Of a stretch of 64,000 nt of DNA, positions 25,888-38,932 are shown one piece after another. Below the pieces are notes generated by a model. The model did no database searches, was not told the DNA's origin, and saw only the letters and a list, made by a program, of their open reading frames with translations. This stretch comes from Novakomyces olei. Its lineage: Eukaryota. Numbering within the stretch: position 1 is the first letter of the stretch; each line of letters opens with the position of its first letter. Made by a program: the position numbers and the translations under genes. The stretch spans positions 930,001-994,000 of the forward strand of contig JADEYG010000001.1 of the NCBI GenBank assembly GCA_016906335.1, written 5' to 3'.

Positions 25888-27504
25888 CTAATTAATAATG
25901 CCAAGAAACTCAGGCTCCCTTTCGACAGGCACAAATCCCTGGGTAGAGCCTGCATGGCGAACAAGAGCTCGCTGAGCAGTTGAAAAAAACCCTTGCTTAG
26001 CCCATGCCTGCATGGTCTCTGTACTGAAGGGCCCAAATACCTGGTCAGTATTGATCCAACGGTACTCCCAATCATAGGCAGCAGCAGCCACACTTGCTTC
26101 GTCTACTGGATCGTCCAAAAGATCATTCATGTCGGACTGTGAAACGGTATACGGCTCGGTGTAAGGCTCTCCCGCTTCGCGTCCGTACAACCGTACAAGC
26201 GCCTCCCGAGAATCGTCGTAAACGTCTTCGTGTCCACGCTCCATAAGCCGGGCCGCAAGTCCCGTTATTGCTTCAACAGCAGTACGAGCAGTTTGGTCCC
26301 CTTCCGTTTGTTCTGCCTTTGATTTCTTTTTCCAGTTCGACCGGGAGGGAAGCCTAGACCCCAATCTCTGCAGGGCTTCGAGAACCGTTTCGCCCGTCTC
26401 CAGCATCGGGATCAGATCCTGCAGTAACGAGGCAGTCGTCACCATACTATCCGACCGCAGATCCGCCCGTTGCTGTTGCTGCTGCTTCTCCATTGCCTCC
26501 CGGGCCCTCCTTATATCACTGCGACGAACGCCCTCTAACCACTGGTCCTGGTGTGCTTCTGGATCAGCTGCTCGACGGATATAGTTTCCTGTTTCATCAA
26601 AGGCTCCTTCTTCCATTTCAGAACGCATATTGAATGCATCAAGCTTGGGCGCGTGCCGCTTTCTGCCTCCTGCGCCAACCTCCTCGTCGGGAACGTCATC
26701 GTCATCGTCCTCCTCGTCCTCCTCATCCTCATCCTCCTCGTCGTCTTGGTCCGGCCCGTCTTGGTCCATGTCTACCTTGTTTGTTGAATGGCTGCGATGA
26801 AAAGCGGAATCGTGGTGTGTAGGCGCCCGCTCCTGGCCTTCAATCTCGTTTATATCCAGAAACCTCACACCTTTGCGTTTGCGTTTAGACGCTCCGGGCA
26901 CAGGATCAGTGCTGGCCGCTCCTTTGTCGGGAGTGTCGCCGGCATCGTCGTCCGAACTCGAGTAGCCTAGTGTGTAAGACACGAGCAAGTAAGACAGGGC
27001 TCAACGAACGACGGTATTTAATAAATAAACTGGGCAGAAAGCAGAGAGCAGCCAAACGATGTTTCAATAAAATTTGAATGAAAAAATAGGGCAAATAGCA
27101 AATAGCAAATAGCAAATAGCAAATAGCAAATAGCAAAACAATCCAGAGGCCACTGCTCAAGGCAGACGAGTACAAGTGCTTGTCAGAAAAAAAGATTGCG
27201 AGGACCAGAGGAAAAAAAGACGTAAAGCGGCAGATACGAATCACAAACGGGACAAAATACCGCGCTCTTACAAAGCAGCTATACACAGCAGCTTACCATC
27301 CAGGTTGACGCCCCTGCGCCGCCTCGACCGGCTGAAGCCAATGTCTTGTGTCCCATTTTCGTCGTCGCCAGTATCGTCAGCCGCCAGCAAGGTTGGGTGC
27401 GCCGCGTCCCAGCGAGCACGTTTATCGCCGACCGACTCCGTTTCAGCGTCGGCAATCGGCTCCGCGAGCCTTTGCTCACTCGAGCGGTCTGCCGTCGACT
27501 GCAT
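25888..27504 (-). CDS. LIN1: U5 snRNP GYF-domain protein Lin1/Snu40/CD2BP2; exons 27504-27297, 26966-25888
   Basis: Spliced VNLDGYSSSDD, AFNMRSEMEEGAFDETGNY, DQWL, GETVLEALQRLG, and a C-terminal GYF domain WEYRW..FGPF..MQAWAKQGFF. Confidence 0.9.
27091..27137. repeat. (GCAAATA)n, about 6 copies, in the LIN1 intron
   Basis: Read directly from the sequence. Confidence 0.9.
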
Positions 27505-27574
27505 ACGTGACTTGTTTACGCTAAACGTGCATGTCACGCTTCCTCGTACATCTGACGTCTGTTAACATTTTGAT

Positions 27575-27743
27575 TATTATTACATTATTTAATTAATATA
27601 ACATTATTACATTACATTACATTATTACATTATTACATTGTTACATTATTAGATTACATTATCATATTGTTACATTGTTATTATTAGATTACATAATCAT
27701 ATTGCTACATTGTTACATAATTACATAATTACATTACATTATT
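27575..27743. repeat. Degenerate (ATTAC/ACATTATT)n low-complexity tract upstream of LIN1
   Basis: Read directly from the sequence. Confidence 0.8.
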
Positions 27744-29134
27744 CAGTACATTTCTCTAATATATTAAGCACATTTTCCATGTTCAATATTTTTCCTCATA
27801 TCTTCAAAACTTCCATCTACTTAATTATCCCTTTAAACTAACCCTTTAAACTAACCCTTTAAACAATCACCTTTCGCTTAATCGTCCAATGTGCGAGTCG
27901 TTCTCAATGGTACATAAACGCCAATATCAAGTCACGTGAAGGGTACAGCCGTCGCTAGTATATTAGCGCTCCGCATTGGCTGTGCTGCCTACGGTTTACT
28001 GATAATCTTTCAGCCATTCCTATTCAGCGTCCACTGCTTGCACGTGTGCCATACTTTAAATGCCAAGCCGAAACATTACTTGCCCGTCCTCAAACAGGGA
28101 GTAAATCACGAATAAAGTGTAAAAGTCTATAGCCCGAAGAAATTGTGAAAGGTTATACAGGGTTACACGCCCGTTTCAGTCTGCCTCATTAAGCGTATAA
28201 GAGTGCCAAGCTTTGGCCGTCAAACATACATACATACGCGCACGAGGCACTGCACGTGCAAATGCCACGAGTATCGCCAACCACTGTGCGTGCACGATAC
28301 ACGTTTTTGCGAGTGGAAAATGTCAAATGTACTCTCGCTAATTGGCAGTTTGCGTGTGCGCTGCTGCGTCTTTTATTGGTACTCTCCTGTATATTTGCCA
28401 TTGGCACTCGAGCGGCCATTCTGCTCCAATTAAACGACGATGCCCCATACAACGACTTTATGTCCTACACTCATACTTTATGTCCACTCATACTTTATAT
28501 ACACTATACTTTACTCCGTCTCCGCTCGGAGCGGTAACCTGCACTTTGCGCCATACCGAAATTTTGCCTAAACGGTCGCCTATAAATTATCCATTTGTGT
28601 AATTTGTCAGAGCACATTAATAACATGAATAACATTTAACATATAACATTAATAACAACATTATGTTTTAATATACATTAAATGAGATTAAATAGAGCAT
28701 TAAAACTGCATACGATCGCATCACTAAACTCAAAACCTTTCCTCGCTTTGGCACTCGTGTGCCTTTAAGCGATTCGCGTCTGCGTCTGCGACTGCGACTG
28801 CGTCTCGTCGTATGAGCTCGCGTCTTTTTGCAGTGGACATTGCCAAGCACACTCGCCCAGTGGCTGACTGCTTTTCGTCTAGAGCAACCAGTCTCCCGTG
28901 CACAAAAGGCTACCGTAGCCAGTCTCCTTTGGTGCAGCAGCTTTGGCCAACGGCCATAGTCTGATCTCTGCGCACATTTTTCTGACAAGTTTTTCTTGCA
29001 ATCTCTGATTTGCAATCAGAGATTGGCTGCTTTTTGCATTACTGCTTTTCTTCAGATCAATTTCAGGATAACTTTAGGTCAACTTGAGCTTTCCAACAGC
29101 TTTTCTTCAGGCTAACTTTGGCTACAACTTTTTG

Positions 29135-29276
29135 CTTTTATTCAATTTCTACAGCTTTTATTCAGTTTCTACAGCTTTTATTCAGTTTCTACAGCTTTTA
29201 TTCAGTTTCTACAGCTTTTATTCAGTTTCTACAGCTTTTATTCAGTTTCTACAGCTTTTATTCAATTTCTACAGCT
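29135..29276 (+). repeat. 20-bp repeat (TTCAGTTTCTACAGCTTTTA), 7 copies, ending 3 nt before the transcription-factor ATG
   Basis: Read directly from the sequence. Confidence 0.95.
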
Positions 29277-29279
29277 ATC

Positions 29280-31817
29280 ATGGCGGCAACGGCGACAGAG
29301 CAGCCTCGAAAACGCGGTGTCCGCTCAAAGGACGGGTGCGCTACGTGCCGCAAACGCAAAGTCAAGTGCGACGAGACGAAACCCGTCTGCCGGCAGTGTC
29401 GGCGGCTGAACCTGGAGTGTGAAGGGTACACGAAAAAGATCCTTTTCCGAGACGATACGCTGCGAGTCAAGCGGCGAATGTCCTCTGTCTCTGTAACGCT
29501 CGGCAACCCGGTCTTTGATCCAAAGGCCACGCGCCGCCTTGCACCGCAGCCTGCAGCTGCCCTGCGAGTGCCTTCGTACTTTGGCCGGCTGGCTGCTACT
29601 CGCAGTGCTGCTCAGTTTGATATTCTGACACCCACAAACTTTCTTGCTGCCTTTGAAGGCGATGACGAGGAGGAGGAGGATGAGGAAGAGGAGGAGCCAC
29701 AGGGACTGAGGTTTACAGTAACTGCTCCTGAGGGAAACAGCAAGGCAGAGTTAGAGTTAGAGTTGGAGGCAAAGGCAAAAGGAGGGGCAGAATTGGAGCC
29801 AGAGTTGGAGCCAGATTTGGAGGCAGAGAGGGAGACCGACTATTCTCTAGCACGCAGCTTTTTCTCACCGAAAAGCTCTGGCAATTCCGAGGCTAGTGTA
29901 GAGGCGGGTACAGAGGCAAATAATTTCCTCAATGTGCCCGGACGCAGCGAGCAGCTGTCGCCTCCACGTAAAAGACGCCGGAGTTTTACGCTGCAAGAGC
30001 TCTTCCACCCAACAGACCTCGATCCGCCGCTCTCGCCTCGCTTAAAGCGCGAGTGCACTCAGCACGGAGACGCTGGCAGTATCCAGCAGCCGCTAACGCC
30101 GGAGAACGATGGGTCCGGGCCGGAACTGTCGCCCGGAGCAGCTGCCACTGTGCGCCTGGAAAAGCCGGAGCGGGAAGAGCAGCGCTTCCTCGCCAACAAC
30201 GCTGGCGGCACTGAGATTGAGGACTCAGTGGACGGAGACAAGTTTTATGTTTACACGGAGAGTGCGTGTGAGGATGAGACGGAGCAAGAGTCTATCGTCC
30301 GCAGCAAAATGTGTGTAAACACGATCCTGTGTATGGTGGCAAGGGGTATGCTTAACGCCGGAGCCATAGACGGAGCTCTTAACGCCGGAGACAGAGCCGG
30401 AGCCATAGACGGCACTACTCTGTCCGGCTTTACAGAGCCGAGTGCCCTCGTCTCCGCGATCGAGGCGGACGAGTATACTCTTGCGCAGATGGCCGTCTCT
30501 GCCGCTGCGCAGGTGCCGAACGGAGTGCCCGGGTCTCTGCCGGACATTGCTCCGCTCGGCGTTAAGGTCTCTGCGGACCGACGGTTCCTGCACCACTACG
30601 TCAGCGTCGTCTCGGCGCGCATGATTGCACCCGACCGCGGCCGTAATAACCCCTTTACCACTGTTTTTGCACAATTATCCTGCTCTCATCCGCCACTTTT
30701 ACATGCAATTTTGGCTATATCTGCTCAGGACGTGTCCCGCTACGAAGGCCGTCTGCCCTTTGAGGCCTTTACCCACTACCAAAGAGCCTCTCGCTTGTTC
30801 CTGGAGCACCTGCAGCACCCGCAAAACTATGCTCGGGACCAAGGTCTGCTGGCTACCGCCTGCCTTTTATGTGCGTATGAGATAACTGCCCCCGAGGGCG
30901 ATACTTGGAGAGCCCATTTGAACGGAGCACTGCAGATAATGAAGCAGAGAGCCGCTGCTGCCAACTATGAGCCAGAGGCAATGTACAGCGAGGGCACTTT
31001 TCTCACTTCCTGGTGGGCCACACTGGATATCCACGATGCCCTCTTTGACCAACATGGCGGTAAAATCATTCGGTTCCTCAAGTCACATGGGCTCGTGCCG
31101 CCCAGTGGCCAGGGCAAATCCTTTCCGCAGATAGAAAAGACGGAAGATGAGAGGAGAGAGTTTCCTTTTCTCTCGCCCATGCTCGCGTTCAACCAGCGAC
31201 TGCTTTTGCTCCAGTTTGATATTGCTGAAATATCACAAATGCGTCTTGGGCAGCACAGCAGCGGCTTTGATACAGACGGCTACTCTGCACGACTGCGCCA
31301 GGCAAAGGCCGATCTGTACGCCTGCTGGCACGAGGAATGCCCTGGTCTTTGCTTTGATTTGAAGACGTACCGTGCCGCTGATCAGGTATGGAAAACACGG
31401 TGGAAGCGTGGGATTCCAGTGGCACAGGGCTGCCTGAGCAAAATCCACGCTCTGCAATTAGTGCTGCACCTGATCGAGCCGGGTTCGTACGACGAGGCAA
31501 CGATAAGGGCGAGTATTACGGAGATTGGGCTTATCGCCGAGGATATACTGGAGTTTGATGAGGTTACAGGCCGACGGTTCATCCTTTTTCCCATCTTTGT
31601 GGCCACTATTGCGGCTGATTCTTTTGCCGACAAACAGAGACTGCTCTCGCAGCTACGCAGGATGGAAATGGCTAATGTCGGCAGTACATTTTTCCGTAGT
31701 CGCATGCTGCTACAGGAACTGGTGGATTTGCAGGCCAGCCGGGTCTGTGAGGGCGAGTCTATGGATCTCGACTGGTCCGTGCTGTGTAAGCGGGCGCGCA
31801 GTATTGCTCTTGTATAG
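29280..31817 (+). CDS. Zn(II)2Cys6 transcription factor with a C-terminal fungal-specific TF domain; likely start ATG at 29280
   Basis: RSKDGCATCRKRKVKCDETKPVCRQCRRLNLECEGY; C-terminal FLHHY..NPF..LLHAILAISA..WRAHLNGA..FPIFVA. The ORF-track extension upstream is only the 20-bp repeat. Confidence 0.9.
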   Translation: MAATATEQPRKRGVRSKDGCATCRKRKVKCDETKPVCRQCRRLNLECEGYTKKILFRDDTLRVKRRMSSVSVTLGNPVFDPKATRRLAPQPAAALRVPSYFGRLAATRSAAQFDILTPTNFLAAFEGDDEEEEDEEEEEPQGLRFTVTAPEGNSKAELELELEAKAKGGAELEPELEPDLEAERETDYSLARSFFSPKSSGNSEASVEAGTEANNFLNVPGRSEQLSPPRKRRRSFTLQELFHPTDLDPPLSPRLKRECTQHGDAGSIQQPLTPENDGSGPELSPGAAATVRLEKPEREEQRFLANNAGGTEIEDSVDGDKFYVYTESACEDETEQESIVRSKMCVNTILCMVARGMLNAGAIDGALNAGDRAGAIDGTTLSGFTEPSALVSAIEADEYTLAQMAVSAAAQVPNGVPGSLPDIAPLGVKVSADRRFLHHYVSVVSARMIAPDRGRNNPFTTVFAQLSCSHPPLLHAILAISAQDVSRYEGRLPFEAFTHYQRASRLFLEHLQHPQNYARDQGLLATACLLCAYEITAPEGDTWRAHLNGALQIMKQRAAAANYEPEAMYSEGTFLTSWWATLDIHDALFDQHGGKIIRFLKSHGLVPPSGQGKSFPQIEKTEDERREFPFLSPMLAFNQRLLLLQFDIAEISQMRLGQHSSGFDTDGYSARLRQAKADLYACWHEECPGLCFDLKTYRAADQVWKTRWKRGIPVAQGCLSKIHALQLVLHLIEPGSYDEATIRASITEIGLIAEDILEFDEVTGRRFILFPIFVATIAADSFADKQRLLSQLRRMEMANVGSTFFRSRMLLQELVDLQASRVCEGESMDLDWSVLCKRARSIALV

Positions 31818-31868
31818 TTTTGTAGCGATTTTTGGGTTAGTGATATGGGTGATGACTATAAATAAATA

Positions 31869-32092
31869 TGAACAATGAACAATGAACAATGAACAATGAA
31901 CAATGAACAATGAACAATGAACAATGAACAATGAACAATGAACAATGAACAATGAACAATGAACAATGAACAATGAACAATGAACAATGAACAATGAACA
32001 ATGAACAATGAACAATGAACAATGAACAATGAACAATGAACAATGAACAATGAACAATGAACAATGAACAATGAACAATGAACAATGAACAA
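31869..32092. repeat. Perfect (TGAACAA)32 heptanucleotide array ~50 bp after the TF stop
   Basis: 224 bp, exactly 32 units. Confidence 0.97.
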
Positions 32093-32473
32093 TATGAATT
32101 ATTTTGGATAAATATTGTTGATCAAAAGGTTAATCCTTAAAATATATTAAATTAACCCTAATCCTTAAAATCTACTGAATTAACCCTAATCCTAGGCACC
32201 TATAATTGTTTCTTAGATCGAGCAATAAATACTTACTTTGCAATCCAATTCGATCTGAAATTCAATCATGTAGCGGCAGCTCGTTGCTCGTGTGGGTGAG
32301 TTGGGCAATTAGTCAAAGGTAATTCGTCTCTACTAAATACAACAATCTCACGGGAAAGTATTTATATATATTTATATATATATATTTATATATATATATT
32401 TATATATTTATATTTATGTATAAGTATATGTACATTAATAATGAGGATATCTATGTATCTAACCAAAATGCCT

Positions 32474-35400
32474 TTATTGACTCCATTGTGTTTGTGCTCC
32501 CGTTAAAGACCGATGGGAATCCAATCGGAACGTATTAAAGTATCCGCCGCTGATAACTGCGCTGCCGCTTGTTGGCTTTTCCAGCACTTTTGGCTCCGTT
32601 TTCCCACTCAACTCGAGTGCGTTTGAGGATAGTGAGGGCGATAAAGCCGGTGTTGGTGATACTGAGCATTCGTTCTGGGCACCTTCGTTCCGCTGCATCG
32701 TCGGCGGCAGATCTACCGCGGCTTGGCGCCGAGCTAAACTGTCTCTGTACAGAATTTCCGACTTTTTCTTTACCTTGCTGACAGAAGGACGCACCACTGG
32801 TTTCTCATACAAATTAGAATTAGTGTCTAGTCCTTGCCCTTCTTTTGCGTTTATTTCCGTTCCGATTGCTTCTTTTTCACTTGTTTTTGTTTTGTTTGCT
32901 TCGGTTTCGTTGGCTTCTTTCCCATTTGCTTCTGCCCCTTCTCCATTTTCATTGCCCTCTCGAACCAGTTCGGCTGGATAGGCAAATGTAAACGGCAGTA
33001 TAGCGCTGTACGGGACCTCCATCAATAAACCCGACGGCAGTTCCAGCAGTAGTGTTTCCTCAGACACATTGTTAGCATGAACCATGCCGGCAAACGTTTC
33101 CCCCGCGACAGCTCCCTGGGCCAAAGATCCCCCGACTAATGTGCTAGCAAAATGGTACTCTGGTCCGGCGCTCTTAATCGCGGCCACAATCTCCTTGGGC
33201 CGATGGTACCTGCAAAAGTACTCGACGGTGCCCGCTGCGGCACCGGACTTTAGGCTGGCTGCCCGGCAATAAACCCCGGCCATAGGAGCACAAGTGCCAT
33301 GAAAGGCTCGTGTGCATCGCGGAGAAGAGCACTGGAAACAGGCTCCCTTGATTTGCCTGCAGTACATACATCTCAGCCTGAACCGGGCCGGATCAATATC
33401 GCCCAGGCCACACACGACCTGCTGCTCTTGATCAGTTGCCGCCACAAAAGTCTCTGGCACATGATTCGCACAGGCAACATGTACACGCTTACGCAAACCC
33501 GGCGCCTGCCCAGGCTGCTGGCCTTGTGCCTCCAGCATCTGCTCGTACGCTATTGTATTCGGACACAGGGGGCAGTTGCTCTCGATTTTCTTTGGCTTTT
33601 TGACCTCCACTTTGGCTGACATTTGCTGTTTTAAGCCGCGTTTTCTTTTGTTATTGTTATTACCAACGTTTTTATCATTACTTTTATCATTATTTTTACC
33701 GCTTTCGTCGGTCAGTTCCTTGGCCTCGTTGACGCGCTGCAGTATATCATTCATATCGATAGAGACGGCGTCCGTAATACACTCACACTTTTTCGCATTC
33801 ATACCGTAAGCGATCCAATCATCAGTGGCGAAATTGACACTCTCTGCACAGTTGTATCCCAGGTTATACCCGGAGTGATACCCATATGGAAAAGTGATAA
33901 CAAACTCGTTTTGGTAGTGGACCAGCCTGTTGACCTTGATGCCATGAGCCTCGATTGTCTGTGGACTGATGCCAAAGTTTTTGTGCCTCATAAACTGACT
34001 GCACCGTTTAGCGTCGCCAGGGAAAATCTGGCGGACAAAGGCTTCAAAACGCCGAGCGTCTTTTTGCGGAATCGAGTACCACTGCTTGGGGGCGCCGAAA
34101 TGTATATAGTTTATAGAATAAAGATCCATGTCCTCCACGTGCCAGGAAAAAGTTGCCTTCCACATGCCAAAGTACAGGTAGGAAGTATTCACACCGGGAA
34201 GACTAATCCTTAACCGATTCAGCAGATTATCCAAGTGCGCAACGTTCCAGTACTTTGTCCGCTCATCGAACAGTGATCCAGGCATATCCGCACCGTACAG
34301 CGGACTGCTATAAGTTAAGGTTTTCCAGTATATACGTTCTAGTTCTTTCATTCTGTCGGGCGTGAACTCTGCACTATCGTAGAAACGGTAATCAAAGTCT
34401 TGCCATTTCGCCTCCGATTTGACTCGAGACTTTGGGCCCCGTTTCCTCTCTTTTAAGGGGCAAGAAATGGAGTCGCTCGACGCTGGAATTTGCTCCTTAC
34501 TCTGCCCAGCTTTTGTATCATTCGCAATCCCATTCTCTTCCTCTTTTACTTGTTCCCCTTTTACTTCTGCCTCTTTTACTTGTTCCTCTTTTACCTTTTC
34601 CTCCTTTATTTGTTCCCCCTTTACTTGTTCCCCCTTTACTTTTTCTACCTTTGCCTCGTCCCTTGTCTCTTCGTCCCTTGCCTCTTCCTTTGCTCCCTCT
34701 TTACCTTCGCCTTTACCCTCACTCGCAGGCGGTGAAGGAATCTGACATTCACCGGTACCCGTACCGGGATGTGAATCTGTAAAATCGTCAGGCTCCTGTC
34801 CCGCGGTTTCTCCTGCAGCACGCCTACTTCGACGTGTCCGACGCGCTGCTACGGGGCTAGCGGCACTGCTGTTCCGCAGCTGGCCGCGACGAGCTGGAGG
34901 CTGATGGTGTGGCTCCTCACATAATCGCCGCCAGTCAGCAATATCATAGGTCCGCTGCCTTTGGAACAGCGTCTGTCTAAAACAACCCTGGCTGCCTGTG
35001 ATGACTTGTTCGATCGGGTTCTTGCAGCGGACGCTCCTTACTTTCTCCCCAAGGTCGGGCAACAAATCCACCCACTCTTTTGGCGGGACGACTTTGACGA
35101 TTCCCGATTGCATGCCGTACGAGTTTATCGCGTCAATAAACCGAGCGAAATCCTTAAACTGGTCCATAGTCTGCCGTTAGCACACAATACTAGAATAGAG
35201 CAATAAAGAGCACAAAAGAGGTTAATGTAAAAGTCTAAATGTAAAAGGCTAAATGTAAACGGGCAAAAATAGACAGTACAACGCCGAGTCTTTGGCTGCC
35301 GTGCCTTGCGAAATTTATAAAGCTTACCGGTTTAAACACAGGCACTCCTCCACCGTCCCAATAATGATCAGGTTCGATTGTAAAAGCAGGTTGAGTATGA

Positions 35401-35489
35401 TCCTGCCCAGACGGCTCAGCGTCCGTGCCAAGATCAGGCGGGCGAGCGCTGCCTAGTGGCGGCGGCTCTTGGCTCTGATCTAGTAACAT
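32474..35489 (-). CDS. JmjN/JmjC histone demethylase, KDM4 (Rph1/KdmA) family, with an extended PHD finger; exons 35489-35328, 35170-32474
   Basis: JmjN VPVFKPTMDQFKDF..GIVKVVPP; JmjC YLYFGMWKATFSWHVEDMDLYSINY..GYHSGYNLG (H-x-E..H Fe ligands intact); PHD CPLC..HVAC..CMYC..CFQC..C..FHGTC..FCRYH. Confidence 0.92.
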
Positions 35490-36205
35490 TTGTGAAAAGA
35501 TACTCTTTAAATATAATCCCCAAGAAAAAGCCGGCCGAATAACCGTTTGCTTCTACGGATCGCTTTTAGAACCGCAAAACATCGGGCAGAAGCGGCCGCT
35601 TAAATGCTCGTGCGAGACTGTGGCAAAGCAGTTCCTCTACGCTCGATTATGGGTCATTCGAGTAAAGGGAACCGGTAACGTATGATCTGATCATGAGACA
35701 GTTATTACGTGGGGCAGGCATACAATAAACTACAAGAAAACCCTGACTGATAAGCTGATTTTGTATGCTCTAATAATGCACAGTTGCCTTTGCGTGCGAG
35801 AATAATACTTAATTATAATTATAGATATTTATACTGTTTTTCCTACACCTGATTGATTGCTTAGCTGGAAAGAGTATAAATTTATGTGTATAAACCGGTG
35901 CACTTTAACTGTATTTACCGGCAAAAATTTAGCGTCTGACTATAGACAGAGAGCCATATAAAAAAAATGGCATATAACAAACTGACATATAGACAAATTG
36001 ACATAGACACAAATATTCATATAGACAAGTAGCCATATTGGCCCTACCGTAACTGCAACTATACTTAGCATGCATATTCTTGACTCAAGTACTTGTCGTA
36101 CAGATGAAACAATGCCAGTTGAAAACGTCTTGATTCGATGCAAGAGCATTGTAAGGATAATAATATTAATTCTACCAAACTCGCCTATAATTTTGGCTCA
36201 TGTTT

Positions 36206-38899
36206 CTAGGCTGCATTTCTCAACAGTCCTTTAAGACGCGCTGCCTCTGTTTCCAATTCTTCGATACGCGCCTGACTCTCATTCAATTTTGTCACCAGAT
36301 AAATAACGCGTTTCGCGAGCCCTCCGGTAGCATTGGATATCTTTCCGATCAGAGTAAGCTCAGCCTCGTAGCTTGTTATCTTGCTACTCTCTGCCACGCG
36401 CATTTCGTCATTGTGTGCCAGTTCCATTCGTGATGCAAAGACTGGATCATGATAAAGTCGTTCAAAGGCTGCCTGATAAACAGGACGACCTGCTTTTATA
36501 AGCGAGGGCCGGCCGCCTTTGTCCACAATACTGATCAAATCTGCTTCAGCCAAGTCGTTCACAACTCCAGGATTTTTGTTAATGACGGGGTCTAATACCA
36601 GTTCATTATACCGAATCTAGAGTAAGCAATTTCTGAAGAAAATAATTAATAGAGAGAAGAAACTTGATGAGATTCAATATAAAAAAAGATATGTAAAATA
36701 AAACTATGCGAAAAAACGTGATAAAAAAAGCTTGATCTCAATCATGGCAATAATGAAAAATTTTGTTTAATTGATAGTAATCATATTTTCATACCATTCC
36801 CTTCTCGGCTAGTCCTTTCAGCATGACCCAAGCTTGCCGCGTTGTCCAATGCGGCTCCTTGCCTTCTTGTTCTGTGGAAAAGTACAATTTAACTATTTCT
36901 GATGTCGCTTGCTGAATTATTCCATCAACAGCTTCACTCGGCGATTCGCCGGCCCGTAATCGTTGAACAAAGTAGTCCAAATCTGTTAAACGGCCTCCCA
37001 GCAGCTTTATCGCACCAGAAAGCTCGTTTTCCGAAACTGCTCCAGGTGGGTACATATCGGGCTCGCCGTCTTTATTTTCATCACTATCCTCCTTATCTGC
37101 CGTTGCCTCCTGGTAAGCTTTAGAGAGGCGATTGCGAATGTAGTCCATTGCCACTTGTGGTGGAGCATCGCCTAGAGTGATAGTTCGAAAAACCCTGCTT
37201 GGAAGCGCTGTTTTTAATTAGTATTAGTGATTTAATAGCTTTTCAATAATTGTATTCAGCTGGCCAATTTAATATTCTTTCTTTTTTTTTCTTCTCTTCT
37301 TTCCCTCTTCATATTTGCTATATTCTCTTAATAAATACCTTTTGTGAGTTTCTTTTGGTAAGAAAGATCAGTGCTTAGGAAAATGACATGCGCAATATTG
37401 GCTTCGACAAGAAGAGCCGCCCACGAAGAAATTGCATCATAAATTGCGTCCCCCTCATTGGCCTTGAACATGAAATTGTCGACGATAACAACGGGCCGAC
37501 GTTCTGGATGTGCCTCCAAATATTGTTCAGGTCTGCCATCTGTACTCGTGTAGTCCTGTAATGCCACGGATTTAAGGGCACTAGCTGTTCTCTCAAGTAT
37601 TTTACGCAACTGGCCGTCCAGTGTCTCGCTCAGTTTTACATTTTGGCCAGTCATAGCTTCAGCAATCGCGTTAGTGTTGCTTAAAATAATGAAATTATGC
37701 TGTTATGACACATACCTTGAACGCCCATATCAAGCATAGATGATATAGAGTTCATCCAAGAAAACAGTGGACGATATCCAACTTGATTTGCTACCGCTTT
37801 TATTGTTGCCGTATCGCCACGAGCAGATATTACCGGTTCACAGTCGAATAGGAGAAGTCTGGAGGATTAGACTCGAGATGTTGCAGCAAATTAAAGAAAA
37901 GAGTCAAAGTTACAAAAGAAATAAAAAAAATAAAGTTAATTTAAAAAACGAATAAAAAGTGGGAACGGTAATAGCCATAATCCAAAGAATCACAAGCCGA
38001 CTAGCACAGCAGAGTGAACTCAGGGCTGCAAAGTAGACTTACTTTTTTCTATTCCGCAATGCATTATTCAATACTAGCTCTCTTTTCCCCGAGCCTCTAG
38101 GGCCCTGCACGATAATAAAACTGTCCTGTGTGTCGCCGATCCACGATTGTAACTTTTCAACGCTTTCCGATCTCTCGAATAATTGTACAGTAGAGTTAGA
38201 AGTATCGCCGCGCATTAAAGGCTTCAAAAAATCGAGGGTATTACGGTAAAGCCATTGGAAAAGCCTCGTTTCCTGAATAGAGAAGCTGTGATCGATTTTC
38301 CCCTCAATAAACCATTCCCGTACAGGATCGAATAAACTGGCAGTAATGACACCAAAGATAGCCACTAGAGCGGGGAGCACAATACGGGGATGGTTGACCA
38401 GCCAAGACCAAATTTCATGAGTACGCACGCTTTTCTCATATACAACTCGAAGAACTCCTCCGTGTAATTTTGCTCCATGCAAACAGGCAGCGGCAGTGGC
38501 GGCAGCCCTAAGGCTAGAGTATTGTAGCAATGCTGATTTATCCGATAAGGAGATGTCTCGAAGTTTGCCGTATTGTCGAAAGAGCTGGTATTAGTAAAGT
38601 ATAATTAGAAGAAATAGAAAAATTAGAAAAGGAGACGCGCCAACTAAAGAGAAGGGGAAACGAATATGTTAAACTAACCAGTATGAAAACAACTTTTATT
38701 AAAGAAACTTACTTCGTATAAATCTTCACTTGTAATGGGCTCCTTGATACCACTAAAATCGACACGCACTCGGCTGCTAGGAAACCGGTTCAAATCCTCA
38801 ATCCAAGGATTGCCCTAACATTAATCATTTGAATCAATAAACCAAGCCAAATTAAACCCAAACATTAAAAAAAAATTAAAATTAAAAATAAAATTAAAA

Positions 38900-38932
<33 letters not shown>

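Noticed and set aside
29118..29279. N-terminal extension of the Zn2Cys6 ORF in the ORF track
   Set aside because: Non-ATG start and the sequence is just the 20-bp repeat; the first ATG is at 29280.
31710..32092. (FIVHCSL)n ORFs in all three minus frames
   Set aside because: Translation of the (TGAACAA)32 array.
32152..32192. TAACCCTAA as a telomerase RNA template or an interstitial telomere
   Set aside because: Only isolated 1.5-unit copies in a ~650-bp repeat-filled gap between convergent genes; too little room and no other supporting structure.
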